Shown here one piece after another: positions 14,700 through 27,130 of a stretch of DNA of 64,000 bases. Source of the DNA: Sminthopsis crassicaudata (lineage: Eukaryota); assembly GCF_048593235.1 (NCBI RefSeq), contig NC_133618.1, positions 253,419,882-253,483,881 on the forward strand, given 5' to 3'. A model generated the notes under the pieces. It was not told the origin of the DNA, ran no database searches, and worked only from the letters and a program-made list of their open reading frames with translations. A program made the translations under genes and the position numbers. Positions within the stretch are counted from its first letter, which is position 1; every line of letters begins with the position of its first letter.

Positions 14700-15790
14700 A
14701 ATATGGCATCTCCAACTATCTTTCAGACATCTCTAATTGGCTGTCAAAAATACCCTAAACCCCACAAGTGCAAAGCAAAATTCATTATCTTTCCTCCTAA
14801 GCCTTCATTCTACTTCCCAAATTCCCCACTACTACTGTATATACCTTGTATCTACAAAGCTTATTAGTACAGCACCTGGAACATAGTAGACACTCAATAA
14901 AGATTTACTGATTAACTGATATTATGGAAAAGTATAGATAATTAACATGATGATACTTCACTTCAATTCCAGGATCAAGAAAATGGGTGTTGATATACCT
15001 TAAGAAGGTAGGGAAAGTATGAAATACCGTTTACATCCTCCTAGGTCCTAGTCCTTTAGGTTTACAACTTAGGAGTCATGCTGGATTCCTCACTACTTCA
15101 CACCCCCATAACTGAGCTGTTGGTAGGTCTATCAATTTTGCCTTTACAACATGTCTTAAAAAAGCCTTCTTGCCTGCTCTGAAACCACCACCACTCCAAT
15201 ACAGGCCCCTATTACCTCATGCTTAGACGAGGTCAGCCTGTCTCAACTCTCTTCCTATTCTAATTCATCCCTCTATTCAGCACCTAAAGTGCAAATCTGA
15301 TCAAGTCTCCCCCACCATTCAATAAATTCTAGTGGCTTCCTACTGTCTCTTGAAGCAAATATAGAATGCTATTTGGCATTCAAAGTCCTTTATAACCTAA
15401 CCCGATTTCCAGTTTCCTTATTCCTTGATCACTATCACTCTGATCCAGAGACACCAGCCTCTTTGCTATTTATCCCACAACTCCAAGCATTTTCACTCAC
15501 TGTCCCCCCCCATGCCTGGAATACTCACCTTCCTAAACTCCAACTCTTGACTTTTGGGGCTTCCATTAAAGTCCCAACTAAAATTCCAGAATCTAAAGAA
15601 AGCCTTTCCCAACCTCTCCTAATTCTAGTGTCTTCCCTGTTAATTATTTCCTATTTGTCTTATATATATTTGTTTGTATTTTGTTTCCTCATTAGATAGT
15701 AAGTCTTTTACTTTTGTTGTATCTACAAAGCTTATTAGTAAAGTGCCTGGCACATAGTAGACACTCAATACAGGTTTACTGATTGACTGA
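14700..15790 (+). mobile_element. L2 3' region interrupted by a local 190-bp duplication
   Basis: L2 motifs ccatgcctggaat and cctggcacatagtagacactcaata terminus. Confidence 0.75.
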
Positions 15791-18700
15791 CATTATGGAA
15801 CAGTATAGTTAGCTTACATGATAATACTCCACTTCAATCCCAAGATCAAGAAAATGTGTGTTGATATACCCTAAGAAGGTAGGAAAGTATGTAATACCAT
15901 TTACACCAGCATAGTATCTTATTTACTTTTTTAAAAAACTGGATCTATGGTTTCACTGGTGCAGGAAGCTCCAGGTGAAGAACTTCCTCCACCAATACAG
16001 ACTGGTACCAGTTTTGCAATTTAGTGTCTTGAAGTTTCCTGCCATAAAGAGAGGTCAATTGACTTGCCCAAGATTACACAGCTAAGAGATAAGACTTGAA
16101 TCCATGTCTTTGATTCTAAAACCAGTTCTCTAACCCATAACTGTCTTTCTTGTATTAATCACATAGAGTAAACATTTAACAAACATTGTATTAAATAGAA
16201 AAAATTTTTCAAAACTTTTTTAAATGTCTGGATCCTCAAAGGGGTAAGCCCTTAGCATGTTGAAAAAATGGCTATCCATAATTCTCTGAGGTTCAGGATA
16301 GTTAAGCTATTATTACTAACTATATTTTATTGCATTAAACAAGACAGTAAGAGACCAGAGAGAACAGAATCTTTAAAACTAAAAATTTTAAGTTCATTGA
16401 AGACCATTTTGTAAATGATTAATGCCTTATTTTATTCCATTCCAACTCAACTCAACTTTCAACAAAATGAGAAATTTGCCAAAAAACAAAACACCTTGTG
16501 TTTTAAAGCACATGATGTTCTATAAAATTTACAAAGGTATGCTTTGTTATTTTGCCTAAATTGTTCAGATTTTATAGTAAACATTAATACATCTGGTCTG
16601 GATATTATGAGCAATATACCTAGAATAAAATCCAAGCCATCTTAAGTTATCTAGTTTGGCCAAGATTATTATTTGTCATGATCAAACAAAATCATTATTA
16701 AAAAATGGATTAGCATATTAGTATTTGAAAATTTAGGATTGTTTGAAAGGAAAAAAACTATAAAAATAGTAACTACTTATTCCAGAAAAATTAGAATCCA
16801 AAACCAAAAAGTAATATCCCAAATAACTGACAAGTATAACAATTTAAGATTTTAAACAGAATTGAAACCATGTAGAATTTATAGATAAAATCAATTGTTT
16901 AAAAAAAAAAAAAAAAAGATAAATAAAAAGGCTTTCTGGTTCCAATGCTGTAATTTTGGGCAAGGAAATTAACCTCTCCGTCATAACTTCCTTCATCGTC
17001 TAAAAAACTGGTAGATGGGGGAGTCATAGATGGGTATACCAGATGATCTCTGAGATTTCAACCAGTTCTTAGACTGGTGTACAATGATAATATGAATAAC
17101 TTATATTTATGTATATGGATTGCAAATGAGCATTACCTCCACCATCTCATTTATAGTGGAAAAGGCCCTGGACCTGAATCCTAGATATAATACTAGCTAT
17201 ATAACCATGGGCAAGTCCCTTCACCTCTTTGACCCTGTTGCTTCATCTACAAAATCAAGATCAATAAAAAGAACGCTGCCTACCTCAAAGAGTTGTAGTA
17301 AGGAGATGGCTTGGTAAACCTGAAAGTACTATAGAAATATGAATTGTCACTGTAATATTCTATAGTTCTACAAGCATCAAGAATCTAGCATCCTCCATGC
17401 AGCCAATAACATTTATAAATATGACTTCCACATCAGTAGGGTATTTGGAAAATGTTCTATTATTGTTCATTTTATTCTATCTCACTAAGAATTTTAAAAC
17501 TTCAAATAAATTATCCAAAATTGTCATGTTACTAGTCAATGGTACAAAATTTTTTTATATTACCTCAGAACCAATATAGAATTGTGACCAAGGTAGCTAT
17601 TCCAACTTTTAAAGTAGCCAGTTCAGTTAGTTTTTTAAAACTTTTATTTGCTATATTCAACATACATATAAAAATTCAACTATTCAAACATTTGTAAAGC
17701 ACTCACTATGTGCAAAACACTGTGCTAAGTGTTCAGAAATCATACTTGAAACGTTTTTGCCCTTGATGAATTTATGATATAATTAGAATTATTAGATATA
17801 TGTAAAATAACAAATGATAACTTTAATGCCTAAAACAGAGAAAAACATAATGCTATGTAGAGAAATCCAAAACTAAGTAAAACATAATTATGATGGTTAA
17901 TGAGGATAGACTTTTATTGCAGTCTGAAATGAACCTGAAGCTAAAGAAAATTGGATCTTTCATCACTGAGCTGAGGAAAGATGGTGAAGAAGAAAAGAAT
18001 GTTGGATCTACACAAAGTGGACAGAACCCAGTTCTACCACCTAGCATTATGTGACCTTGGGAAAAATTACTTAAAACTCCCAGGGCTTCAGTTTCCTCAT
18101 CATAAAATGAGGGGGTTGGACTAAATTACTTCTGAGGCTCCTCTTTCTGTTCCCAATCAATGATCCTGATTTGAGGCGGTCATCCTGGCTTCTCAAGCAG
18201 AGGGCATGGCATGCTAACCCCAGAGGCAGAAGGCTAGATTACTCCCAGTCTGGTTAGCTCTGGAGGAATCAGACTAACCAAGAAACAACAGAGGAATTCT
18301 GGATGGCCTGTGCTCATCTCCATGGGGCTTTTCAGCCTACTGGGGCTATTAATAGCTTAGTCCCTGACTTAACACCTGGCAGAGAGCCAGCATCAAGACA
18401 GCCAGGGAAAAAAGCCATCAGAAGTGGGTGCTCTGTGGAAGGTCAAAGTATGTGGGGTAGGGACAGGAGCATTCTTCTTAAGTAATTATGTCCCAAGTTT
18501 AAAATTTTAAAATAGGGGCTTTTTTTACATTCTTAAACATAGGTCACAGGTCCTTAGATTTTTAGGGTTGCAAAGGACCTCAGAGATCATTTGGTCTAAA
18601 TCTTTTATTTTACAGATGAAGAAAACAAGGGCCAAGCTTATACAGGATGAAGCAGCAGAGGCAGGATTTGACAAGGCCATTTAATTCAAACCCAGTGCTC

Positions 18701-19060
18701 TGAAAACTTTTGAAGCTATGCTTGCTCCAGTGGCCAAACACCACATTAAATAACAATTCTCAAAGCCAGTAGCAGACTCCTCTACCTCATCCTTCCATAG
18801 GAAGCAGTTCCATCAAAAAGAACCAGAGGACTTTAAAGAGGGAAGGGATCTTAGAAGCCAAACTAGCCCACTCCCCCTTTCTCCCCACCTTCACTATACT
18901 GATGAGGAAACCAGGGCTCAAAAATGTTAAGTGATTTATCTAAGGTCATTCAGGTTAAGTGGTGACACTTGAACCAGGTTCTTCTGACTCCAGATCCAGC
19001 ACTCTAATCCACTTTACCATGTGATTACTTGAAATAAAGACCTTCATCTTCACTGCATTT

Positions 19061-19063
<3 letters not shown>

Positions 19064-19107
<44 letters not shown>
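19064..19107. repeat. (AT)22 microsatellite
   Basis: Direct reading. Confidence 0.95.
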
Positions 19108-19110
<3 letters not shown>

Positions 19111-19288
19111 TAATAGAGAAGCATATTGTAAGAGTCAAAAGGCTAATTAACCCATTGATTTAAGGTTTTTTCAGGGTTTCTTTCACTTCAAAAGACTTTA
19201 GGAAATTTTTAAAAACAGCCCCCAATCATTCAGCAAATAACTTTCGATACAAATGAATTTTTAAAGAACACATTAACAACATACTAAC

Positions 19289-19368
19289 CTGATTTGACTG
19301 TCCAGAAAGGTAGGGTTCAAAGTCATTGTCATGTACTGTATCCTTCTGATGCAACGAACCATTTTGTA
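19289..19368 (-). CDS. YTHDF1: YTHDF1 coding exon 3 ([27 protein letters not shown], 80 nt)
   Basis: TAG acceptor and GTTAGT donor; peptide seen in ORF 19226..19420; restores phase 0. Confidence 0.96.
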
Positions 19369-20724
19369 CTAGAATAAGAAGTTGCAAAATATTACACCTT
19401 AAAATTTCATCAATAATCACTTTACAACATACAAACTAAAGATGGTTAAGTTCTTTTTCCCATTAATTTCTATTTATAATTCTATGGCTTCCAATATGGA
19501 ATAACTATTAATATTAGATATAATATTAAAGAACTTTCAATTACCTTAGATAATGTATTTTTATAATTTGAGGAAGAAGTCTAGAAATAAAATATTCAGA
19601 ACATATATAAAGATAAAGGATATGGTCCAATTATACTGGTCTCCTTGGCAGTTCCTAACACTTAGCTCCATTTCCCATGTCTGGGCTTTTCTAGTTTCTC
19701 CTATCCTTGGAATGCTCTTCCACATCTCCACTTTTCAGAATCCTTAGTTTTTTTTAAGCTTCCTCCCCAAAACCACATTTGGCACAGGATTTTTCCCCAA
19801 TCTACCCCCAATTCCAATAAACCACAAAGTATTTAATTAATGAATGCTCACATGTGCTCAGACTACCTCCTAATATGATCTAAGATAACTTCCAAAATTC
19901 GTAATGCATATCTTAGACAACTACAATTATATGACAAAAAATTCTGAAAGTCATATAATTGAGTTCCAATCCCATTTAGGATTCTGATCTGGAAAAGTGA
20001 ATATACAATGCAAATAATGACATCAGCACAATAAAACTACAGTAAAAACAGACTTATGGGAAAATATGAAGATGTCTTATTGGTTTTATAACTTAAAAAA
20101 ACCAGATTTCAACTACTCTTAAAAGATTTTAAAAATATAAGATCACACAGAAAACTAAATGTCTTCAGAAAAGCACATATTAAATCAGTGCAGTGACTTT
20201 TCAGATGACAATTCTACTGTGGAAATCTGGAATATTCATTTAAAACTATTCTGGGACCATTTAGTCTGGTAGCAACTCTCATACTTCTTTATTAAAAAAA
20301 AAAAAAAAGAGGAAGATGATGATGATGATGGGGAAAAACACAGGATCAGGAAAATTTAAACCTTGGTGTTGGTTCAAACTCTTTACAAATGAGGTAACTG
20401 AGGCCTAATGACTTGCCCAAGGTCACACAGGGAAAAAGCTCCTATGAAAAGCCACCTCTTCTGACTTTCACTCCATGTTTTTTCCTGTATTCCACAATGC
20501 CTTTCATGGGATTATTTGCATTTGGAAACTTATCTTCTTCAACAAGTTAACAATCTCAAGCAGCATGCAACCCAAAACAATCCTTAAAATCTAAAGGAAA
20601 TAAAAAAGACTGGTTTCTTTAGTAGGTCACTAGGTGTTTTCCATATGGTCTTTATTGCACACATGCTCCTCCTCCGTCCTATACTATTATACAGCCAAAT
20701 GCAAATTCTCAGAACTTTCCTTAC

Positions 20725-20749
20725 CTTTATTATCTTGTCCTTTTGTTCT
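20725..20749 (-). CDS. YTHDF1: YTHDF1 coding exon 2 (RTKGQDNK, 25 nt)
   Basis: CAG acceptor, AGAACAAAAGGACAAGATAATAAAG, GTAAGG donor; phases 0/1 fit the flanking exons. Confidence 0.95.
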
Positions 20750-20959
20750 CTGTAATGTTATAGCCCAGGAGACCAAACACAGAAAAAACCCAAGAAAAGG
20801 AGAAAAAAAGTTACTTGTGGAGGGATCCGTTTAAATCCAGTAAGAAGTTTAAAAGAAAAACCCCAAAGTCATAAACGTCTGGTTTAAAAGAGTGTTTTTG
20901 TTGCTTAACAATGGAAAGTACTGTGTTCACTGCTCATCGCAATTATTAATCCAAACCTG

Positions 20960-22560
20960 TGTTTAGTTTGCGCGCCTCATGGGCGAAATTTCTCTGGACT
21001 TGCAGGTCAGACTTACTTTTTTTCTCTTCCTCCCCCCACCCCCCTGAAAGCTTCTCCATAACTGGAGAAGACTGAGAATTATCGAAGGCGGGGAGAACGG
21101 GAATGGCAGGAAGATCTCCGAAAAGCAGTCCAGACTCTTGGGGGGGGGGGGGGAGAATGAGGAGCGGAAAGGAGAGGGTAACCACCCAGAGTCGTTCTCC
21201 CTCCCCCTCCCCAAATACGCAGTCCGGAGGTGAGGACCCCGGAGTAACCCCAGCCTCCCCCGATGCCCCGGACTCACCTGAGGGTCTACGCTGGTGGCCG
21301 ACATAATTCATGAACCAGGCCCAGGGGGTGGGGAGGGGAGGGGAGGGGGAGGGGGAGAAGGGAGGGGAAGGGCTCGCCCCGGGTCCCGGAGTGGGGGCGC
21401 CGGGGGTCGAGTGGGGCCGGAGCCGGCGCTGTGCGGCTCAGGACGGCGCCGAGGGCCTGGCCCGCCGGGGGGTGCGGGGGTGGCGCCGAGACTCCGGCTC
21501 CGGCCCGGGTGGGGTGGGGGGACTCTGTCACTTCCCGCTCCTCGCCGCCCGCCTGCCCACCGACCCCCCACCCTGTCCCACCCACCCTCCGCCCGGGCGG
21601 CTTCTTCTCCAGCAGCAGGCGCCCAGAGCTGGGCAAAACAGCAATGGAGGACGAGGAAGAGGAGAAGAAAAGGCTGAGGCGGCAGCGACCGGAGCCTCAA
21701 GATGGGGATGGACTGAGGAAGCGCCGACTCCAATGGCGGCAGCGGCGGCGGGGACGAAGCTGTGCGGACGTCAACGCCTGCGCGGGGCAGGCCGGGAAAC
21801 CATCCGGCCCGGCCGGGAAGGAGGTGGGGGTGGGGGGAAGGAAAGGAGCAAGGAAGAGAACCGACCGGAGGCCCGCTACGTGCCGCGCGCCTGCGCGCTG
21901 CCGCCTCTACGGACTGTACTCACTACTTGTAGATTTTTCTCGCGCTTGGCTAGGAAGGAGGGAAATCAGGAAGTCACGCGGGGTTGTATTTGCTGAGCTT
22001 GCTACCTGGGTGAGGTGAGCGGAGGTGCCGGCCCCGGCGCCAGAGGTGTCTCCAAGTGCTAGGAGAGCGCTCGCCTCTGACTTGTGACCCGTTCTGGAGA
22101 AGCCGGTCCCTGCAAGGTCTCCCAAGGCCAGTCATTTTGCAGAATGGGGAGCCGAGACCCAGGAAAAGTGACTGACCAAGTTCGCGCACCGGCTGATGGT
22201 ACAGGGCGTCTAGTTTCCACTAGTTATTCAGACGGCCTTTTTTTAATTTTAAGGAGCAGGTGGTTGTGAATTGGATTAAACGAGGCAGAATTGCACAAAA
22301 CGGTCCGCCCGCTCCCTCGTCCAGTCACCCCAAATCCAGATACTGGTGTTGGCCGGGCTTTAACCCTCCTAGCACCAAAGCGTTGGAGCACACTGTATCT
22401 GCCCCAGGCTCCGTGCCGGAGGCCTCCACTGCCTGGGTTTGAGGGGTTACCCTCCACAAGGGAGCCCGTCTGCTTGGCAGGCACAGGGACTCTGAGCGTT
22501 ACAACCCCCGGACTGGGAGAGCCAGCGGCGCCAGAAGTGCTGATCCCCTGGGTGTCCGCT
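20960..22560. promoter_or_regulatory. YTHDF1: CpG island / YTHDF1 promoter and 5'UTR
   Basis: Very high GC and CpG density over exon 1. Contains a GCGCCTGCGC NRF1-like element (~21887-21898), CAGGAAGT ETS motif (21967-21974), ATGGCGGC YY1-like core (21733-21740) and GC boxes. Confidence 0.85.
21278..21304 (-). CDS. YTHDF1: YTHDF1 coding exon 1 (MSATSVDPQ)
   Basis: ATG TCG GCC ACC AGC GTA GAC CCT CAG followed by GTGAGT donor; 27 nt, matching the YTHDF1 N-terminus. Confidence 0.96.
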
Positions 22561-24232
22561 TGTGCACATCTCCCAAGGTGCTCCGGAGGCCGCAGCAGGC
22601 TGCCTTTCTAAGCATTTATGTCCCAGGTGTTGTGCTGACTCAGGGGAATGCAAAGAAAGGCAGAAGCCCTATCCTCCAAGGGCCCTGTAAGGTCGAGGCT
22701 AGCTCCCTGGAGGCCTCAGAATCAGCCGGAGTCCCAGCCGTGGTCGTTAGGGGGAGAAGTGAAGGAATGGGGGAAAACTCCCAGAGCTCTCCACAACCTC
22801 CTGCAAAGTGACTCCGGCTGGCTCACTCCACCCCCTAATCCCTCCTACTGATGCAGGTGTAGCCCCTTTAAGATTCCTTTCTGGTCTCCAACCCCCTTTG
22901 GGACTGACCTTTGATTTACAAGATCTGGTCAAAACCACCCTTTTGTATTCCAAGGGGAGAGATCGGATCTGAGCTAACTTGGGCTCTACCCAGCCCCCAT
23001 TCTAATGATCTGCTCAGGTTTCCCAACCCCCGACCCTGTGGGCTCTGGCCCTTGAGGAATCACCTTGGGACTCCACCCTAGGCCCCTTCAAGCAAATAAA
23101 AGAGCCAAGCTGGAATCATCTCTGGGCAGAGGGTCAAACATGCAAGCACCATGCTTTGTATCACAGGCTCTCTGTCCCACTGCTTTTGGTGTACTTCTTC
23201 CTCTATCTAACTCCTTTTACCAACCAGACTTTAACCTTACTTCCAAACTCCATAATAGACCTTTCTTACCCATCTAGGTTTTCTGCCTGTAAATTCATTT
23301 ACAGGGGACTCTCGCCTCCACTAGACCTCACTTAACTCTGTACCCTTGCACCGAATCCAAAGGGGTTGCAGGGGAGCCCCATCTGACTCCCTGTACCCTG
23401 AACCTGCCACTAGACCTCAATTAAGCCTAATTTTATTTAAGGATCCCTTATCTAGACCTCAACATTTGGTTATATCTCATCACTACGATTATAAAAAACC
23501 AAGCCAGCATGGAACAGTGAGAAGGGCCATTTTCCCAAACATACGATAATAGTTATTGTCCAATAAGTAATTAGCCTTAAGTGCTCCTTGTTTGATTCAA
23601 GCACACCTTTTAAAAGTGTCAGCCCTTCACAGGACCCTACAACCAAGAACAGGGTAACCGGCAAACAGATAGCTAGTAAGTTATAGATAAGATAAACAGC
23701 AAATGGTTAAAAGGAAGACGGCATTTAAAATTCAGAAAAATTGAGGAAGGTTTCCTGTAGGGATAGGATTTTGGCTGGGACTTCAGAGATTCCTGACTTC
23801 AGGAACTGGAGTGGTGCAAAGAGCATTCTAGGCATGGGGGGCAGTCTGAGAGAATGGCCAGGAGATGGAGCATCTTGTTCATAGAACAGCCAGGAGGCCA
23901 GAGTCACTGAATCAAAGATTCGTTTGGAGAGTAAGGTAAGAAGATTCGAAACGCCCAACACATAATTTCTATAGTTTTTCTATTAGATCTGTCGGTTTAA
24001 GTTTTGCAAAATGCTTTACTTGAACAATTCAGGTAGATAGTACAAGTATCTCTGCACCTGTTTTATGAAGGTTAAACAATGTCTATAATTAGCCTGGTTT
24101 TAAAAGATTATGACGCCTGTAATTTCCATTCTATCCATTGTGATAATGTTGCCAAGGCAAGGAGGGATTTTTTGGGTTTGTTTCAGGCCTCTAAAGGAGT
24201 TCTGGCTCCTACAAGGTTTAGGGAGAAAATTC

Positions 24233-24380
24233 TTTTTTTCTTTTTTTTTTCAAGCTGGGGTTAAGTGACTTGCCCAGGGTCACACAGCTAGGAAGTGTTA
24301 AGTGTCTAAGGCCACATTTGAACTTGGGTCCTCCAGAATTCAAGGCTGGTGCTCTATCCACTGCGCCACCTAGCTGCCCC
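24233..24380 (-). mobile_element. WSINE1-type SINE
   Basis: ggggcagctaggtggcgcagtggatagagcacc head; gaaaattct TSD on both sides. Confidence 0.9.
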
Positions 24381-24485
24381 GGGAAAATTCTAAAAATAGA
24401 CTTCATTCATTTTATCTTTGGGCAACTTAAGCAGCACCTTCTGTGGTTGCTTGCTGATTGTGCTTTGTAGTAAAAGTGTGATTTC

Positions 24486-24986
24486 CCATTTCCAGAACTT
24501 AATACTGAAAAGTCTATGGTACAAACTGATCCAAACGGAGGGACTAAAAAGAATTGGAGAATTGAAAATTTCCTCATAGGATTGGGTACCGTGGAATTTG
24601 GGCTGAACCAAACCTCTCATCTTTTTTTTTTTTTTTTTTTTTTTAAGAAAATTGTCCTCTCCACAGCAATATTTTGATTTTAAACACTGTATAGAGTTTC
24701 TTAAGGATCATGGAAAGCAGAGAGGAGCAAACTCTGCCATTTCCAGAACTTAATACTGAAAAGTCTATGGTACAAACTGATCCAAACGGAGGGACTAAAA
24801 AGAATTGGAGAATTGAAAATTTCCTCATAGGATTGGGTACCGTGGAATTTGGGCTGAACCAAACCTCTCATCTTTTTTTTTTTTTTTTTTTTTTAAGAAA
24901 ATTGTCCTCTCCACAGCAATATTTTGATTTTAAACACTGTATAGAGTTTCTTAAGGATCATGGAAAGCAGAGAGGAGCAAACTCTG
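24486..24986. repeat. Head-to-tail tandem duplication, 251 + 250 bp
   Basis: Copies identical except a T23 vs T22 tract. Confidence 0.97.
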
Positions 24987-25879
24987 CTGCCTCAGCCTAT
25001 GAAATGTTTTTTAAAAGCACAGAACACAGAATCACAAGACCTAAATTCTCTCAGTCCAACTGTACAACAACAGAAAAATAACTTCCTTGAGCCTCTACCC
25101 CAGAGCCCTCTTAGAAAGATTAAATGGCAAAAATACTAAGCTATTGAACTTTAAGCTCCATTACAGCAGGAACCGTGTTATTTGAATTTTTAACTTTACT
25201 ACCCATTCCAACATCTAGCATAGTGATCTGCTTAATAAATGTTAGTAATTATTATAAAGCATTTAAGCTGAGAAAGAGAAAATTTAGGCTAAGAGCAGGG
25301 AGAGGTGGAAGAATCTGACGGGCTGTAATATATGATGCAGACTAGCCTCCTGACTTGTAGAACAGAAAGAGAAACAATGGTAGAAATTGCAAAGAGATAG
25401 TTTCTAGGCACAAAGAAGGAATCCTGACTGATAGAACTTTCTACAAGTAGTGAATTTTTTCATCAGTTGAGGTTTTTGAGGAGAGCCTGGGCAGGCATTT
25501 TTTTGGGCTTGATGTCCAAATAACATCTTAAATACAAGTTAGACAAAGTGACCTCTAAAGTTTTAACCAAAACTAAGAATCTATGAAAGTTTCCGGTCAT
25601 TTTTCCTTTTTCAGGAAGTTCGGCACCTGGCTTACAGTTTTCCCAATCTCCTAACTGGGGGGTGGGAAACCTATCCTTTGACCTTAGGCCTTCCATCTCC
25701 TGCTATACCTATCCTTTGAGGGAAGAGGAAACAGAAGAGGAAAGTTGTTGGGGAGCAGGGCTTCTTTCTCATGCTATGCAGATTCAATTTCTATCTCCTT
25801 GCCCTTTCCCTGCCAAACTGCCACTCTCTCCTGGCTCACCTCTTACCTATCTGACCACTCCATTGCTCAGACCCCATAC

Positions 25880-27130
25880 ATATCATACCTTTATATGACT
25901 CTGTCCTGGGCCCGCTTCTCTTCTATAGAATTTTACTTGGTCGTTTCTTGAGTTCTAGTGGAGTTAATTACCATTTCTATGCAGCTGATTCTCAAATCTA
26001 CCTTTTCTGCCCCAACCTTTCTACTGGTCTCCAATCTACTTCCACCTGCCTTTTGGACATCTCAAACTGAATGTGCAGTAGACATCTTAAAATCAATGAA
26101 TCCAAAACAGACATTATCTTTCCTCCTAAGCCTTCTGCTGTCCTGTTACTTTGGAGAGCAACACCAACCTCCCAGTCTCTCAGGTAAAAACTTAGACCTG
26201 GGTTCCAAGGAACTGGGTTCCTTGTAATCTCTTATCCCCCATATCTAAGCTGTTGCTAAGGCTATAGACTTCACCTTTGCAACATCTCTCAAATTCTCCT
26301 CTGACACAGCTACCATTCATCACCTCACACCTGGACTGTTGCAGTAATTTGCTCATGGGTCTGCCTTCCTCAAGTTTCTCCACTCCAGTCCATCCTCCAT
26401 GCAGCCCAAGTGATTTTTCTAAAGCCCACGTCACATGTACCCTCCCCCCTCAGCAAACTCCAGGGATTCCCTATCACCTTCAGAATCAAATATAAAATCC
26501 TTTGTTTGGTATTCAAATCCCTTAATAATTTAATTCCTTCTACTCTTCCAGTCTTGTTATACCTTATTCTCTGCCGTACAGACTTAATTTAGTTACACAG
26601 TTCCTGGCTGTTCCACAAATAAGATACTTCATCTCTCTGGAACTTTTTCTGCCTGTCCCCCATGCCTGGAATGCTTTCCCTCCTCAATTCTCCCTACTGA
26701 CTCTACTGGTTTCCTTTAAATCCCATCTTCTACAAGCTGTCTTTCTCATCTTCTTAACTCTAGGGCCTTCCCTCCATTAACAATTTCCTAAATTGTATAT
26801 AGCTTGCTTTGTATATTTTTGTTTGCATGTATTTTTCATATTAGATTTTAAACTCAGTGAAAAAAGGGACTGTCTTTTGTCTTTTTGTATTCCTAGTGCT
26901 TAGCATAGTGCCTAGCATGTGATAAATGCATAATAAATTGCTTTCCCAAGCAACTCTCCAATTTGTCCCGTATATATTTTGCATACATACATAAGTACAT
27001 CGATGTTTGCATGTCATCTCTTTGATGAGATTGTGAGCACCTTGAGAGCAGAGACTGGCTTGCTTTTCTTTGTACCTCCCCTACTTAGCACAGGGTTTGG
27101 TATATAGCAAGTGATTGATAGTTATTGACT
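25880..27130 (+). mobile_element. L2 3' region(s)
   Basis: tggacatctcaaactg...ccatgcctggaatgc...tagcatagtgcct; two termini. Confidence 0.75.

Noticed and set aside
21771-21803. Short uORF MVSRPAPRRR* on the minus strand
   Set aside because: May lie upstream of the TSS; cannot be placed in the mRNA without CAGE data
20946-22850. Numerous 60-228 aa ORFs over the CpG island
   Set aside because: Expected from stop-codon scarcity in GC-rich DNA; low-complexity G/P/R/A products, many with non-ATG starts
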